NCBI RefSeq assembly: GCF_001194135.2
Contig: NC_068982.1
Location: forward strand, 165,606,664 to 165,670,663
Source of the DNA: Octopus bimaculoides
Lineage: Eukaryota
Reading direction: 5' to 3'
Length of the DNA stretch: 64,000 nt
Shown: positions 25,303 to 39,509 of the stretch, one piece after another
Layout of the letters: every line of letters begins with the position of its first letter
Numbering within the stretch: the first letter of the stretch is position 1
Position numbers and translations under genes: made by a program
The notes under the pieces: generated by a model
Told to the model about the DNA's origin: nothing
Database searches by the model: none
What the model saw: the letters and a program-made list of their open reading frames with translations, nothing else

Positions 25303-28300
25303 CAAATATACATACAGATACAGCTAATATTTCTTACTGACTTCATATGTTTACATGTATGGATACCTGTACGTTGGTATGTAGCTTGGTAGTTAATGAG
25401 GTAGATATATATTTATATAAACCTATACATCCCCTACATATATGTGGTAAACTGTGTGAAACTCTTAGCTATGGATCTATGATGCTAGCTACTACATGCA
25501 GCCATAAAGAAACACACGTTACAATTTATCTATGGTGCTAAAACACTATAATGAATACAGTTTTCGAATTGATATTAGCCACGGTTGTTCGAGAAATACA
25601 GGAATTTTGTTTGCTATCTTATCTTCAAATGAACTTTTCTTCTGTTATTCTTTCTAGCGGGTGGGAGCATCTGAGATTAATCTTAAACCTTTTTAACACC
25701 TTCCAGTTATTTAGCCAAGCTATAGAGAAAAATATTCCTTGTGTATAACCGTTGGATTGTCTCCAGCCATATAACTGCTGGATTATTTCCAGTAATAATC
25801 ATTTAAATTTATTTATTTGCATTCAATAATTCCGAGTTTTGCACAGATTCTAAGTCACGGATTACAATCTTTCGTGATTTGTGCATCCAGGCTGAAATTT
25901 GTTAGAAAATTGATAGCGAGGTTCTTAAAACATCCAGGATTGATTTGCAAGCGTTGTTCACAGTTTACTTGCATCTGGCATCGAAGTACTTTCATATCGT
26001 AAGAACTCTTGATTGCTTTGAGATTTGGCTTTCATCAAAGTAACTGTGAGAGTGGCTTTTCTGTTATCTGAAGGTATATCAGAGATAGTGATTTCAAACA
26101 GTAATAGTACCCAAGACAGCTGGCTTTTAAACAGTTCCCTCCGCCTGTACAAATTAATTTCCGGGATCTAACCAGGGAATTTTAATGAGATCCTTTTGAC
26201 CTCCAAATCCCAGGTTGCCTTATTAACAAAAGAATAGCAACTCAACCATGTCTGACATGGAGCTAAATAACGTCACTTTATTCGCTTAACATGTACACAA
26301 CCAAATTCTATATAAGCTAAATAAGTGTTTGTATGGTAGACGAATGCCGTGTGATACATGTAACTTATGAAGTATAGATTGTAATGCTGAAAACAACATC
26401 ATTTACGTTTTTGCATAGCGTAAATTTAGGAGGAGCTGAATATTCATATTAATTAAACATTTCGATATCAACGGGAGCTTGAAGCAGCCATTTTTGCACG
26501 TACCGTTCACACAAGTTTCTTATACAAAAGAACATAAGGATAAGCATTTTCTTTAAGCTTTCATCTCATCTGTGAAAAGATATTCAGACAGTATTTAAAA
26601 AGAAAACAAGGCTCGGTTTACCGGATGATCGGAAACGAATAATTCTAAATAGTGGAAACTGGAGTCTTTCAGTTACAATGTGTATGTATTTATGTATGTA
26701 TGTTTATATATATATATATATACAGAGAGAGAGACACAGAGAGAGACACACACAGAGAGAGTTAGTAATAACTAACTACCGTACAGTGAGATCAAAACGG
26801 AAGCTACATAGTTTAAAGCCCATCATATTTGATTTGTTATGAAGAAAATATGTATAATATCGTTTATTTAACCTGATATATTCTTTGTTAATGTACCAAA
26901 TGTGTAGAAACATTGAATGAACTTTTACCCAAAATAAATGACGACTGCAGGTCTTTGATTTTCTGGGGGTTGATGTTTTCTCTGCAATTGTATCAGCCAT
27001 ATGGTATAAATTACTCACATTTATAAATAATTGTACTTTACGTGATGGGGGAAGTGAGATTTTAATAATAGTTATCCATTTCTAAATTATATTATTAGTG
27101 TAATTCAAAGGAACTATTGCAACAAAGATTGTAGACTTTTATTATTACTTTTATTCTAATTTCAAAACTATAATATTACAGGACTTTACACGCTTAAGAA
27201 CAAATAGTATCGTGAAGTTTAAAGTAACATGCCTAGATTCCACACGGCATTTGATACCACCCTATATATCAGAGTGAACAGTGAAGTCCAACTGAGCAAA
27301 CGAGTATTAAATTTGTTCATTTGACTGCTATCAACGTGTCTTAGTTCTGCTTGATCAGAGTTAGCATAAGCTACACAACAACATCAACAACAAACAGTAT
27401 TACATTTCAATCGTCTTTTTACAAGGCAAAGATATGATGTATCAAATCTTAGTATAAAACCGATGCATCACAAAGTTGATGGTTCATAAAATAAACTTAA
27501 TCAATTATTCCACTCAATGCAAGTTACCATAATGGATATAACTGTCATGATATTGAATTATAACAAATTGAAATAGTTTCATCCAACCTTACATCTTCAA
27601 TTGTCGCATTACTAATTTGACGATTATCTCTATCGAGATACAGAATATTTATCGCTAATCATAAATATATAATATATCATGCAAAATTATTTTTTGAAAA
27701 TTCTTTTTGTGTCTTTTTACAGATTTCACAATAATAAAAATGAACTGACAATAAAAGAATTATTTTAACAGGTTTTTCTACTTGGAGTATTTATTTATAA
27801 TGCATAAATTAATAAAGAAGAGGACAGTAAATTGATGATGTTCCTGTTACTGATCAGAGTTTTCAATGTGAATGAAGCAGACTTGATCTTATTCGGCATT
27901 CATTTTCCACCATCGAGAAGATATGAAAATAATTTCAGCTCGAGAAATATCTACAGAATATCAAATGAACGCATCAATGAATAAATAATTCTTTACACTG
28001 CAAGAATTACATTATATTCATACTGCCATGCTTTGATGCTGGATTTTATTAAGAAGACTAAAACTAAAAATAAAAACAGAAAGAATATAAACGTACATGA
28101 GGAAATATTGATACAAAATTAAAAATTTAAAGCGACCGATAATAAAATAAACAGTCGAAATTAGACCTTACAGCTCTGGGGAATCTCGAAAAATGTTTGA
28201 ATTAATGCAAACAGCATTCAACACAAAATATCGTACGAAGGTTATAAAACCAATAACAGATTTTATTTGAAGTCCAAAAATTTCTTTTATAAAGACCATT

Positions 28301-28843
28301 ATGTTATATGTTCCCACCCCCATCCCTCCAAAAAATCCTGTCAATATATTGCGGCATCAAGTGGCAGAATCATTGTTAGAGAAACGACAAAAGAAAATAG
28401 AACAAAAACAGCGAGGAATAAGCTAATTATATTTCAATGATAGCAAGAAACTCTCGGGAATATACTGAATATATCTACGTTTTCTCTCTCCTTTTCCCTC
28501 TCTCTCTCTTTTCCTTGCTTTTCTCTCTCTTCCCCTCTTTCTTGCTCCTACTCTCTCTATGTGAAAGCCTCGTTGATTTGAAGTTATGAAAATTAATTCT
28601 ATAAAACGACATCTAACGTCGATAAATACCACCATCTATGTTTAATGGATTTTGTTATAAAACAGACCAAAGTTAATCATATAAACAGACCAAAATATCT
28701 CGATTGAAATTTATACGATATAGTGCAATATTATATTTATATATAGCTATAAATTTGATTATATCAGCTGGATGTGCTATCAAATGTATATGTGTAAGTG
28801 TTTGGTGTTTGTGTGCATGTGTAAGTGTATTTGTGAGTGTATG

Positions 28844-28913
<70 letters not shown>

Positions 28914-30594
28914 TGTGTGTATATATATGCATATATATATATATGTGTATATTTTATACGTGTACTTGCATGTATGTATGTATATGTGTGTGTGTGTGCT
29001 GTATGTATATGTGTAGATATTTTCTTATGACATCTATTTTCTATAAATTTATCAACACTTTTATCTGTACCCTTATGTTTCGAAATATATTCGCAGATAT
29101 TATGATATGAGCATATATGTGTTTATTTATGTCTGGTAAGGTATACAAAATCTATATATGTATGTGTGTGTATGTACATGTGTGCATATGGACGTATGAC
29201 ATATATATGCGTGTTTCTTTTTGTGTATGTTTGTGTGTGTGTGCATATGTGTGTGTTTATGTGTGTACATATATATATATATATGCATACAAATATACTT
29301 ACATGACATACATAGATGTATATATTATATTTATTTTTTATATATGCACTCATATCTATGACGATTGGTCCTCTTTCTCTTCATGATATTTACAATTCTA
29401 TAACAACCCGTCTACATTTTCTTTTTCTCATCCTCTCATCTCCTCTTTTGCTTTTTTCTTTATTTCCTTGTATCTATGTTATATATGTATATTGCATAAA
29501 TATGCGCGTGTGTATGTGAGTGTGCATGATTGTGAGTATATATATCTTGCTCTCTTTCCATCTCTGTGTACACTTACGCACGTACATATTTACACTTATG
29601 TTTGGCATATATATATATATATATATATATATGCATACACACACATATATATATACATATATACATACATATGCATATACATTTTTCTAAAGATCTGTCT
29701 ATATATATGATTGTTGAATAAGAAAAACGCATACATAAAATGTAGTTTATCCCACACATACATATGTGTGAGTGCACGTGTTTTTCAATGTGTGGGGAGA
29801 CTAATAGATTGGATAAATAGTACATTTCTGTTATAACTATGCTATTAGTTCTATACAAGCAACTTTACAAAACATACCCACATCAACAAAGTGAACGTGT
29901 GACTTACCACACAATTCCTCGAAATGTATGTTGCTTTCGCCAACAAGAATATCAGGAAATTCAGTTAAGTTTCAGCTTGACATCACTTAGTATTACATCC
30001 GATGCCTAATGCACCAACGCAGCTCTCTTTAGCTTGCTTAGTCTCTGCTTCATTGACTCCATTGCTGATCGCAGACAAATTCCCGGATCAATTGCCGAAT
30101 TTCAAACAGAAATTTTTGGTCTAATTATTTTTGACAATCGATAAGCTCTAAGATTATATTTGATTACATCAGAACTTAAAGTATTTCTGGCACATTTCCT
30201 TTAAAATTTTAGTTGTTTATTCAAACGACGTATATATTTGACCCAAAGTGGGAAATAATCGGAATTAAATGAAATAGAATGGTGTATGGTTGTAATTTTG
30301 TCTCTGTGAAGACTAATTAGTAGAACGAAATAGAAAAGAATTGCTCTTTAAATAAGCATCCACCTGAAGTATATCTTAGTAAAATTTAGTAGAATTACAA
30401 TTCAGCTAAGAGACATAATCAAAGGAATATTTGTATTTGAAAACTGTTCATAATTAAATATGCGCCACTGAGAAAGTTTGTTAGTGGTCGCACGCTTTGC
30501 TAGAATTAGCAGGCATATCTCTCTCAAATCACCTCCTAACATCTGAAAAACAAATAAGACACTTCATTGTATCAGTATATCGACCAGATTGTCG

Positions 30595-30865
30595 GATGTT
30601 GTTACACACCGCTGGTCACATTGTACCTCTTCGCGTTGATGCAGCTTTTGAATGATGTCACAACGCTGGCAAGGTGGGCAAGCCAACATTTCCTTTAAAC
30701 GGAACACCAGTCCGTCAAAATGTTACCCGTTAACAGCTTAGTGGAAGGAGGCAACAGGAAATGAATTGTTTTACACCAGAACAGAAATAGCCACCGGTCT
30801 GGGAATCAAAACAATGTCCTTACGATCCTACGAGCAACACTCTATCCAGTAGGCGACTCGCGTCT
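30595..30865 (-). mobile_element. Diverged SINE family D-like copy
   Basis: GCTTAGTGGAAGGAGGCAACAGGAAATGAA...GGGAATCAAAAC...CCTTACGATC parallels 8185-8311. Confidence 0.55.
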
Positions 30866-31699
30866 TCACACTTCATAATGTATGCATTGAAAAACTAAAC
30901 AGATGGTCGAATCAAGTAGGAATTCTTTGATTATAGTTCATTTCGATTTCACCTGGGGCTAAACAACAGCAAAAAGCAGTCGCTATTTTTCTAAGATGTA
31001 TGTATATATGCATTTATTAGACTGAACATATAGAACATCCTTTGTTCGGTGCACACTAGTGTTGGTTCACTTATTGAAACATACATATTACATTAATGTT
31101 TATTTGATATAGTCTTAAATAGACTGACTTAACTCCTGCCGACTGCGTTTAGTATTAGCATGATATATAAGTTTACACATATATATATATATATCAACAC
31201 ATATTTAATATTCCTGTATTACATTCTACATTGCGTAGGAGAATTACTATAATACTTGCATATATTAAAATAAAGATACACTGAAATATTCCATTTCCAC
31301 TTATTGTTATTTTCTAATAATATAATATATTATTAAGTATTATAGTCTTTCAATGTCTGGTCATTCATACAGTTCTTCATTCTATTTCTACGATATTAAT
31401 ACAATATTGTTGTTACTGTTGTTGTAGCTGCTGTTGTTGTTATAGTTGCTGGTAGTTGGAGGGTTAAGAAGATTAATCTCAATGTCTTTCCATCTTTTGA
31501 GAAATAATACTGCTAAATTCATTCAATGGAAAACAGATTGTCGTCTCCAAATGTTATGGTATAGAATATACGTTTTTCGAAAAAGAATTAAGCAGTTGCA
31601 TAATGTACATTCTAATAATAAATGATACAAATATTCTAATATCTGTCCTCTCAGTCTTTATATACATGTATACATGAATACATACATAATATTTATATA

Positions 31700-32114
31700 N
31701 NNNNNNNNNNNNNNNNNNNNNNNNNNNNNNNNNNNNNNNNNNNNNNNNNNNNNNNNNNNNNNNNNNNNNNNNNNNNNNNNNNNNNNNNNNNNNNNNNNNN
31801 NNNNNNNNNNNNNNNNNNNNNNNNNNNNNNNNNNNNNNNNNNNNNNNNNNNNNNNNNNNNNNNNNNNNNNNNNNNNNNNNNNNNNNNNNNNNNNNNNNNN
31901 NNNNNNNNNNNNNNNNNNNNNNNNNNNNNNNNNNNNNNNNNNNNNNNNNNNNNNNNNNNNNNNNNNNNNNNNNNNNNNNNNNNNNNNNNNNNNNNNNNNN
32001 NNNNNNNNNNNNNNNNNNNNNNNNNNNNNNNNNNNNNNNNNNNNNNNNNNNNNNNNNNNNNNNNNNNNNNNNNNNNNNNNNNNNNNNNNNNNNNNNNNNN
32101 NNNNNNNNNNNNNN
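31700..32114. other. Assembly gap (N)
   Basis: N run. Confidence 1.
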
Positions 32115-32873
32115 TATATGATCACGAAACCTATGTCTGTGTATGGGCGAGCAGCAGACTGACAATAAATGAAAGTCTGTGTACATGTTCGTGTGTGTCT
32201 GCTTTTATTTAAGTGATGTATCTCTTGGCGGAGGGATTATTCTATTCGCAGCCTTTTCCATACCCCAGATTGGGGCGAATTAAAGACGGATCGATGGAGG
32301 TGATGTAATCGATTAGCCCTCCACCGAACTTTCAGGCTTTGTGCCTGAAGTAGAAAGAAGGACTCATCTCCAAGTCAACAATTATCGGACAGAATCTTAT
32401 CCAAAGGTATTACATCTACAACATCTCATCTTGAAGAAAATTAGTTTACAAGTTGACTGTGCATATGAATTTCGATACTATTCGGGTTGAAAGAGCGACC
32501 TAATAAATTTACCATTCTTGGCGTCCTGTGACCTGAGATTAGCGTTTCCTTGCACTTGAATACGCTTCTCTTCTATTTCATGTATCACACTTATGAACAG
32601 ACTAAAATAATATACAATTGTTTGTAGGAACCAAAGAGAAACGGTTGACAATGCATATATTGATACACACACTCACACAAACACTCATACACATACACGT
32701 GTGTGTGTGTGTTTGTGTGCCTGTGTATCTATGTCCGTATTTCTGTGCATGTGTGTGTATACAAAGAGAGAGAGAGAGAGAGATAAGGGAGAGAGGCATG
32801 GCTACTTAGACATATGTGTGTGTACATATTTCTAATATTTATGCGTTAACGATCGTTATTATTAATATTATTA

Positions 32874-33085
32874 CGCGGCACTCTGTCGGAATCGTTAGCG
32901 CCCCGGACGAAATGCTCAGCGGTATTTCGTCAGATGCTACGTTCTGAGATCAAATTCCGCCGAGGTTGACTTTGCCTCTCATCCTTCAGGGGTATATTAA
33001 ATAAGTAACAGTTATGCACTGGTGTCGATGTAATCGACTTAATACCTTCCCCAATATTACAAACCTTATGTCTACAGTAGAAAGG
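32874..33085 (+). mobile_element. SINE family A copy
   Basis: GAATCGTTAGCGCCCCGGACGAAATGCTCAGCGGTATTTCGTC...TCAAATTCCGCCGAGGTTGACTTTGCC. Confidence 0.88.
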
Positions 33086-33109
33086 ATTAACCTTATTATT
33101 ATTATTCGC

Positions 33110-33187
<78 letters not shown>
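33110..33187. repeat. (AGT)n microsatellite
   Basis: Directly visible. Confidence 0.97.
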
Positions 33188-33188
<1 letters not shown>

Positions 33189-33238
33189 CCTTTGCACAGC
33201 TTCTAATGTTGGAGATGTACTATTGAGTCAGCTGTTCA

Positions 33239-33600
33239 CTAAATATTCGATGTAATACCAAATAAGTTCATACATTCCATAATCCAAGAATGTGGGATCA
33301 TATCATACACCTTACGATAGTCGATCCATGACATGGCTAAGTTACTTGTCCTCCTCTTGCAGTCTCTAAGTACAGTTTTGTGTATCAGGAGTTGATCCTC
33401 GGTACCTCTGCACTTCCGCTTGCAACCATTCTGCTCATGTGGCAGGACTCCATTTTTCTCCAGATGTTCGTACATTGACTCTGCGAATATTCCAGTCAAT
33501 AATTTCCACATAAGTGTCAAACATAATATCGGCCTGTAATTGTCTACTGTATTGCCTTTTTCGATGTTTTTCAAGCACAGCACTGTCCTACCCAATGTTA
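33239..33600 (-). mobile_element. R4/Dong-clade reverse transcriptase fragment
   Basis: [58 protein letters not shown] are RT domain 0-3 motifs of RLE-type non-LTR elements. Confidence 0.92.
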
Positions 33601-33644
33601 TTAACATTATTATTATTATCATTATTATTATTATTATATGAAAA

Positions 33645-34036
33645 TTCCCAGCTTATTTTTTGGCTATGATGGAAGGTGTTAGCTGTCCACAGTCACGTTA
33701 ACTGGTTATGCTTCCAGAACTCTGCGAAGAATGTTTACCGTTCCAAGTAATGCTGATTTTTATAGGTGTGCTTTCACACTTGCACATATCTTTTTCAGCC
33801 ATGTTGGTAGTTGAGTGCTGATACTTCCAAGTGCACCAATTACTATTAGTAACACGTCTACACTCTTCATTGACCACAACCTTCGTATTTCCCGCTTCAA
33901 ATCGTCATAGTTGTTTATTTTTTTCTTCTCTCACACTGATCTTGCGGTCATCGAGACTTGCTATGTTGATTATCATACATGTTCTTTCTTTTTTAATCAA
34001 CATAACAAAGTCCAGTTTCCAGTGATCACAGTGGAT
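33645..34036 (-). mobile_element. R4/Dong-clade RLE domain and 3' end
   Basis: IHCDH..KLDFVMLIKKERTCMIINIAS...NNYDDLKREIRRLWSMKSVDVLLIVIGALGS...KSALLGTVNILRRVLEA*, then (TAA)n. Confidence 0.9.
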
Positions 34037-34039
34037 CAT

Positions 34040-34100
34040 TGCATCCTATGATCCACTCCAATCACACGATCAGGCATCGAAAACCGGACATTGTTGTTTT
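34040..34100 (+). mobile_element. Short inverted RLE fragment
   Basis: Plus strand reads IHSNHTIRHRKPDIVVF (RLE PD motif). Confidence 0.7.
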
Positions 34101-34108
34101 TATTATTA

Positions 34109-34181
<73 letters not shown>

Positions 34182-34286
34182 CATATACACCCAGTGTATT
34201 ATTACTATTATTATAATCGTTATTATTATCAACATCATTATTCTTATTATCATTATTGCTACTACTACTACTACTACTACTACTAC

Positions 34287-34328
<42 letters not shown>

Positions 34329-34350
34329 TAATAATAATAATAATAATAAT
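34100..34350. repeat. Compound (TTA)n/(ACT)n/(AAT)n array
   Basis: Directly visible. Confidence 0.96.
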
Positions 34351-35751
34351 ACTCTTAATTCAACAACAGCAAAAACAACAGAGTAGCTTTGGTTTGAATA
34401 TCGATAAAAATACTGACAAACACTTCTGTTGAAGTTCATTATAATCCATGAAATAGCAAGGAGAAATAACAAAGGAAAGCTTGTGTTAAAGGAGACATAC
34501 ACATGTTAGTTACTAACATGTTAAAACTCTATTGCTCTTTCACTTAATACAAGATTTCTGTGACTAGTGTCAGCATTATTTACCGAATTGCACGCCGAAA
34601 AATCATTACAGTAACGAATCACAAGTAAAATTGATGTGATAAAATTAATTACCAGCTAGGGTTTTAAGAACCAATTTCGAAAAGAAAACATTACGACCAA
34701 GTGGACTCGAATAATTTATGGATTGTTTTTATGATGTTAAATTAGGTATTATAAATTATTTTTACTATTTAATTGTACTGCGTTATCTAAAAGATAATTC
34801 GTTTGTCGCTAAGTACTAACAGGATAGGCTACATCTGCGTGTGCCACTTTGATTTCAAGAAAAGTAACTTCATGAAAAAAAAATCATTTAACAGCTAAGA
34901 ATTAAGTGTAATAGTACCACTAATTCGTAGCCAAAATTGGCAGAGCCGTCAGAAACCTTGTGGTAATTATTTTTGTCCATCTGAGTTAAAATACTACCGC
35001 CATCAATATGGATTTCCATTCATTCTCGATACATAAATAATGTACAATTCCTATAATGTAACGACGGTATCCTGTACTGATGCGAGATAACGGTTTGGAA
35101 TTTAACATAATATTATTGTAGAATCTATAAGCGGAAATTAGATTAAGAGAAATCATGTGACTGGAGTCTCATGAAAGTTTCTGTTACTTAAACAATTGTT
35201 ACTAAATTACAGAACATTCCATCGACATGAAAATTAAAAGCATTTCTTTGAACAGAACAAATGGCAATTCTAAATGGAACTAGATAATAAAAGAAGAGAA
35301 AGCAGTGCCAACACCAGGCAATGTACAGAATTTGTGGTGGAGGAGGATTGTGAAACGTTATAGGAAGGATCATGTCATTTGAATAGACAATGGTAATCAG
35401 TAGTAAAACTCCTAAAAGTATTCCAAGTATTACAGAACAATTTATTTAATTGGAAATCTAAAATACCAAAGTGCTAGCTATCTCAATAAAATATATTGCT
35501 GGTGCACGCTAAGATATTTGCAAATAAAAGAGTCGTGCGAAACAGCTCACTTTCTCATCAAAGAAAAACAAAAATGTCTTGATTTCCAAAACTAAATTGA
35601 CATAAAATTCTCTTAAACTTCAGGTCAATCCCAATATTTAAAATATACAAAGTAGTAATAATAATCATTTTACAGTAAAGGATAAATGCCTGTTTTAGAA
35701 AGTGTTAACAGATGAAGGCTGGTATGAATGTAAGTAAAAGTTATGGCTCAC

Positions 35752-35825
35752 CAGAGTATAGCAGAGTATAGAAGAGTATAGCAGAGTATAGAAGAGTATA
35801 GCAGAGTATAGAAGAGTATAGCAGA
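35752..35825 (+). repeat. 10-bp minisatellite with 20-bp higher-order period
   Basis: GCAGAGTATA alternates with GAAGAGTATA. Confidence 0.95.
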
Positions 35826-36590
35826 AGAAAGAATCAGACCAATGCTAGGCTTATGTATGACGCAATAATTTCTTTTATTACAATAATTTTGGTAGCGATA
35901 TCGTACATGCCATAAGTAAATCAAACATAGTCGTAACATTTAAGCAAAAAGAGTGGATTTTAAAAACGTTACGAATACCCGACTGAACATATTCATTCTT
36001 TCTGCCCTGCTGTCTGGTATTATTACATTTAATTAAAATATCTATTTGGAGTCAATGTGGATGCCTGTCATATTCCATTCAGAGCTCCGTGTGAGTATGG
36101 ATATTTGTATGAAATTCTGTATGGAAAAGTACGCCACTGCAATGTTCAGATTCAAAGTTAACGAAAAGCAGTAGTATCATTTTCGGTAAAGAAATAAATA
36201 AAGATAGGAAAATTTAACGAGACTAAATTAAGATTACAGATGCTTAGTCTTGAATTAACTAAACAGAAAACGGCATCCATAAATGCAAAATAATTTTAAA
36301 AGAGATATTATAAGCGTATTAGCGTAATACTTAAAACTTAGATGAATCCCATCAAATTGATCCAATAACTATGTATATCAATATATGACAATTTTGTTTC
36401 TTTTGATTTACATGTACAACCAAATCGACCGGTCTATATACTGATTTCATCCAACCTACTTCATTTACAAGGTATGAGTCAATCATCTGCCCAAGATGCC
36501 AGGTAATACGCAGGAAACTGGATTTAGGAATGACACAGCGGCTACTGCACGATTTTTGCCTGCTACTGATATTCTTCTGTTCTCTTTTAG

Positions 36591-36658
36591 CACAATACGT
36601 CTATATGAGGTGCTTTTTGAAGAAGAAAACCTGGCTTTCTACAGTTTGTCCATGTTAA
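36591..36658 (+). CDS. Candidate internal exon, product unknown
   Basis: ttcttctgttctcttttag| acceptor, |GTATGA donor, open frame TIRLYEVLFEEENLAFYSLSML. Confidence 0.2.
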
Positions 36659-36946
36659 GTATGATATACAGAATACTATTTATAAATAATACTACTTCCG
36701 CCGCGAATAACGAATATAAGCATGAGATTCAACTTTTAACCAGTCATTTCCTCTAAATTTGAAAGGGTTTACCCCTTTTGTTCACATATTGAAAAGATTG
36801 GCGCTATGTTTTGTTTTCCTTGTGTATATGTATGATTGTATGGACTGATAGAAGGATAAATGGATGATGGTTGTGTGAATTTGTAAATACGTACCTATAC
36901 ATACACACACGCACGCACGTGAACAGACACACATGCGCATGCATAA

Positions 36947-36991
<45 letters not shown>

Positions 36992-38136
36992 CGTGTGTAT
37001 GTATGTTGGTAGGCTGGTATGTAGGTATATGCATGTATATATGTGCCTACAAATCTAAGTACCCTTACACATGTACACACACAGACATACATGCATATAT
37101 CTATATACATGCGCGACAGAATATCCGCAGTCTAATGACTGAAAGAAGTAAAAGATAAAAGTTTTATATATATATGTATATATATAACATTTTGTTTTAG
37201 AAACGGTAAAAACTCAATACATAGAATAGAGTATAGACAAATGAATAGAAATGTCGCTGCTGTTATTGTAGGGAATAGATCTCCATGCCAAGGCTAACAA
37301 GTGCCATGGCATAAAAATCTAGGCTATTGTGTAACTATTGCTGCATCATCATATATTAAATTTAATACCTATGTATGTATGTGCGAATGAGTATATATAT
37401 GTAAAGGTATATAATATTCGTAATAAAATTCACAAAAGATAGTTAATTACTTATTATACATTCACAAATTGATATCAAAACCGTTGCCTTTTACTGTAGT
37501 ATCACAAACGACACAATGGGGCGCATTTCACAGCATGTAGCGAATATGTCGAAGCCGCTTTGTCGTGGTAATTAAATTTTCATAAATTTATTACATAGCT
37601 TATCAGAAGCATTATTTGCATTCCACTGATGCTGTCGATGAAAGATTGGTAATTATGAAGATGAATCTAAAAGCTACTAATTTAATTATTGTGTAAATTA
37701 TTATCGATATCTCATACTTGGATTCTTTGTAAGTAGTACTATATAGGAAGTGTATACACCATTAAATACAACAGCTAATCATTTGTACATGAAAAGATAG
37801 TTGGTAATATTTCTCGATTCATACGACTTTGGCTCTTTCTACACCGTTGTATTTCATTATAGTTCGCATACCTCTGATAATTCTGACCATACAACAAATT
37901 TTCATATTTAAGTAGAGATAATATGAATTGGGTTATACTGCAAGCTTGACATAAATAGATTATATAATTTAGTTATGAAAAGAGGGAAAGTAAATAGTAA
38001 AATTCTAAAATATTAGAATTATGTACGCATATATGTGGGTACGTCTGTGTTTAACAATGGTTATTCTCCACCTCTCTGTTTGATTCGCTGCCTTTGTCTG
38101 TCTCCTCTTTCTCTCTCTCTCTCTTTTTTATCTTTC

Positions 38137-38171
<35 letters not shown>

Positions 38172-38779
38172 GTATGTGTGGACACTATTCAATTTTTTTT
38201 CTCCGTGTTTTTCTCCTTGTCTCCGTATTCTTTCTGTTGAAGAGCGTAGCTCGAAACGTCAAAGACTTTCCGTATTCCCGAGCGTCATACTAATACATCC
38301 TTTTGTTATTTACACCACCTGTCCTCGTCCGTTGTTGTTTTTTCGTATATTCTCCCANNNNNNNNNNNNNNNNNNNNNNNNNNNNNNNNNNNNNNNNNNN
38401 NNNNNNNNNNNNNNNNNNNNNNNNNNNNNNNNNNNNNNNNNNNNNNNNNNNNNNNNNNATATATATATATATATATATATATATAAATGTGTGTGCTACC
38501 TGATAACAAACAAGCAAGAGAAATCAATGCCGACTACAAGATTATCATGTCCTGGTATTGTAAGGACAGATAATAGCAAAACCAACACCGATGATAACAG
38601 TAACAATAACAACCCTGGCGACAACGCCCGATGAGTTGGTGAGGACAACGATAACAACAACGACAGCAACAACAGCTGCAATAACAACCACAACTACTAC
38701 AACAACAACAACAACCATAGCCACAACCAAAGCAGCAATAACAATGCTAACAGCGACAGCAATGACATTAACCGGACTA

Positions 38780-39500
38780 TCACCGTACTAGTAAATGGCT
38801 AAAGGAGCGGCAACATTAATAAAAAGAACAGAGAGCAAACCGACAGAAGGAAGAATAAACACTGGGTCTACGTTGACCTGTCCTACTGCGGGGAGACGGC
38901 AGAGAACCAGTTAAGAAGAAACATCAAGAGATCTGACCTCATCACATACGCAAGCACCACTTCGCACACACCAGCGCAAAAGATGCATGATGCTTAAGTC
39001 AGTGGTTCTCAACCGGGATCCATACGGCATTTGAGGGTTCATATCACATTTCATTAAAATTCATCCGCAAAAACATTGTTTATACTTCTGCAATGCACCA
39101 AATATTTTCACAATTTTTTTAATGCAATTTCTAAAAAAAATTGATTATGAAAATATAATGGGACTTTTTTTACACATCGAATTGCTTGAAGGGTCCATGC
39201 GAGTAAAATAAGAATCAACGGGATCCATAGGTGAAAAATAGTTGAGAAACACTGGCCTAAATCAATGTCCAATACAAACAATCCAACCAACGGACAAAAC
39301 CCGGTTATGTTTTAAATCTAATGTGGTGTGCCTGATGAAGTGCTCTTGCAGGGAGGCATACGTAGGATCGATCAGGAGACACCTCCACTTTAGGGTCAAG
39401 TAACATCTGTACAAAGCTACACCGCCCAACACCATGTTGCAATACCAACGACATTGTAATGAAGATTTGTTCACCAGAATAATAGCGAGGGAAAAGGATG
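38780..39500 (+). mobile_element. Penelope-like element fragment (linker plus GIY-YIG), split by a hAT MITE
   Basis: WVYVDLSYCGETAENQLRRNIK before the MITE; KSNVVCLMKCSCREAYVGSIRRHLHFRVK*H after it (GIY-YIG pattern). Confidence 0.75.
39000..39254. mobile_element. hAT (Charlie-like) MITE
   Basis: TIRs CAGTGGTTCTCAAC / GTTGAGAAACACTG; 8-bp TSD gcttaagt / gcctaaat (6/8). Confidence 0.88.
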
Positions 39501-39509
39501 GACGTGGGT

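Noticed and set aside
25958-26152. 64-aa minus-strand ORF
   Set aside because: No recognisable motif and no consistent splice frame
39332-39365. CTGATGA as a hammerhead core
   Set aside because: No GAAA follows; the bases encode the GIY-YIG motif CLMKCSC
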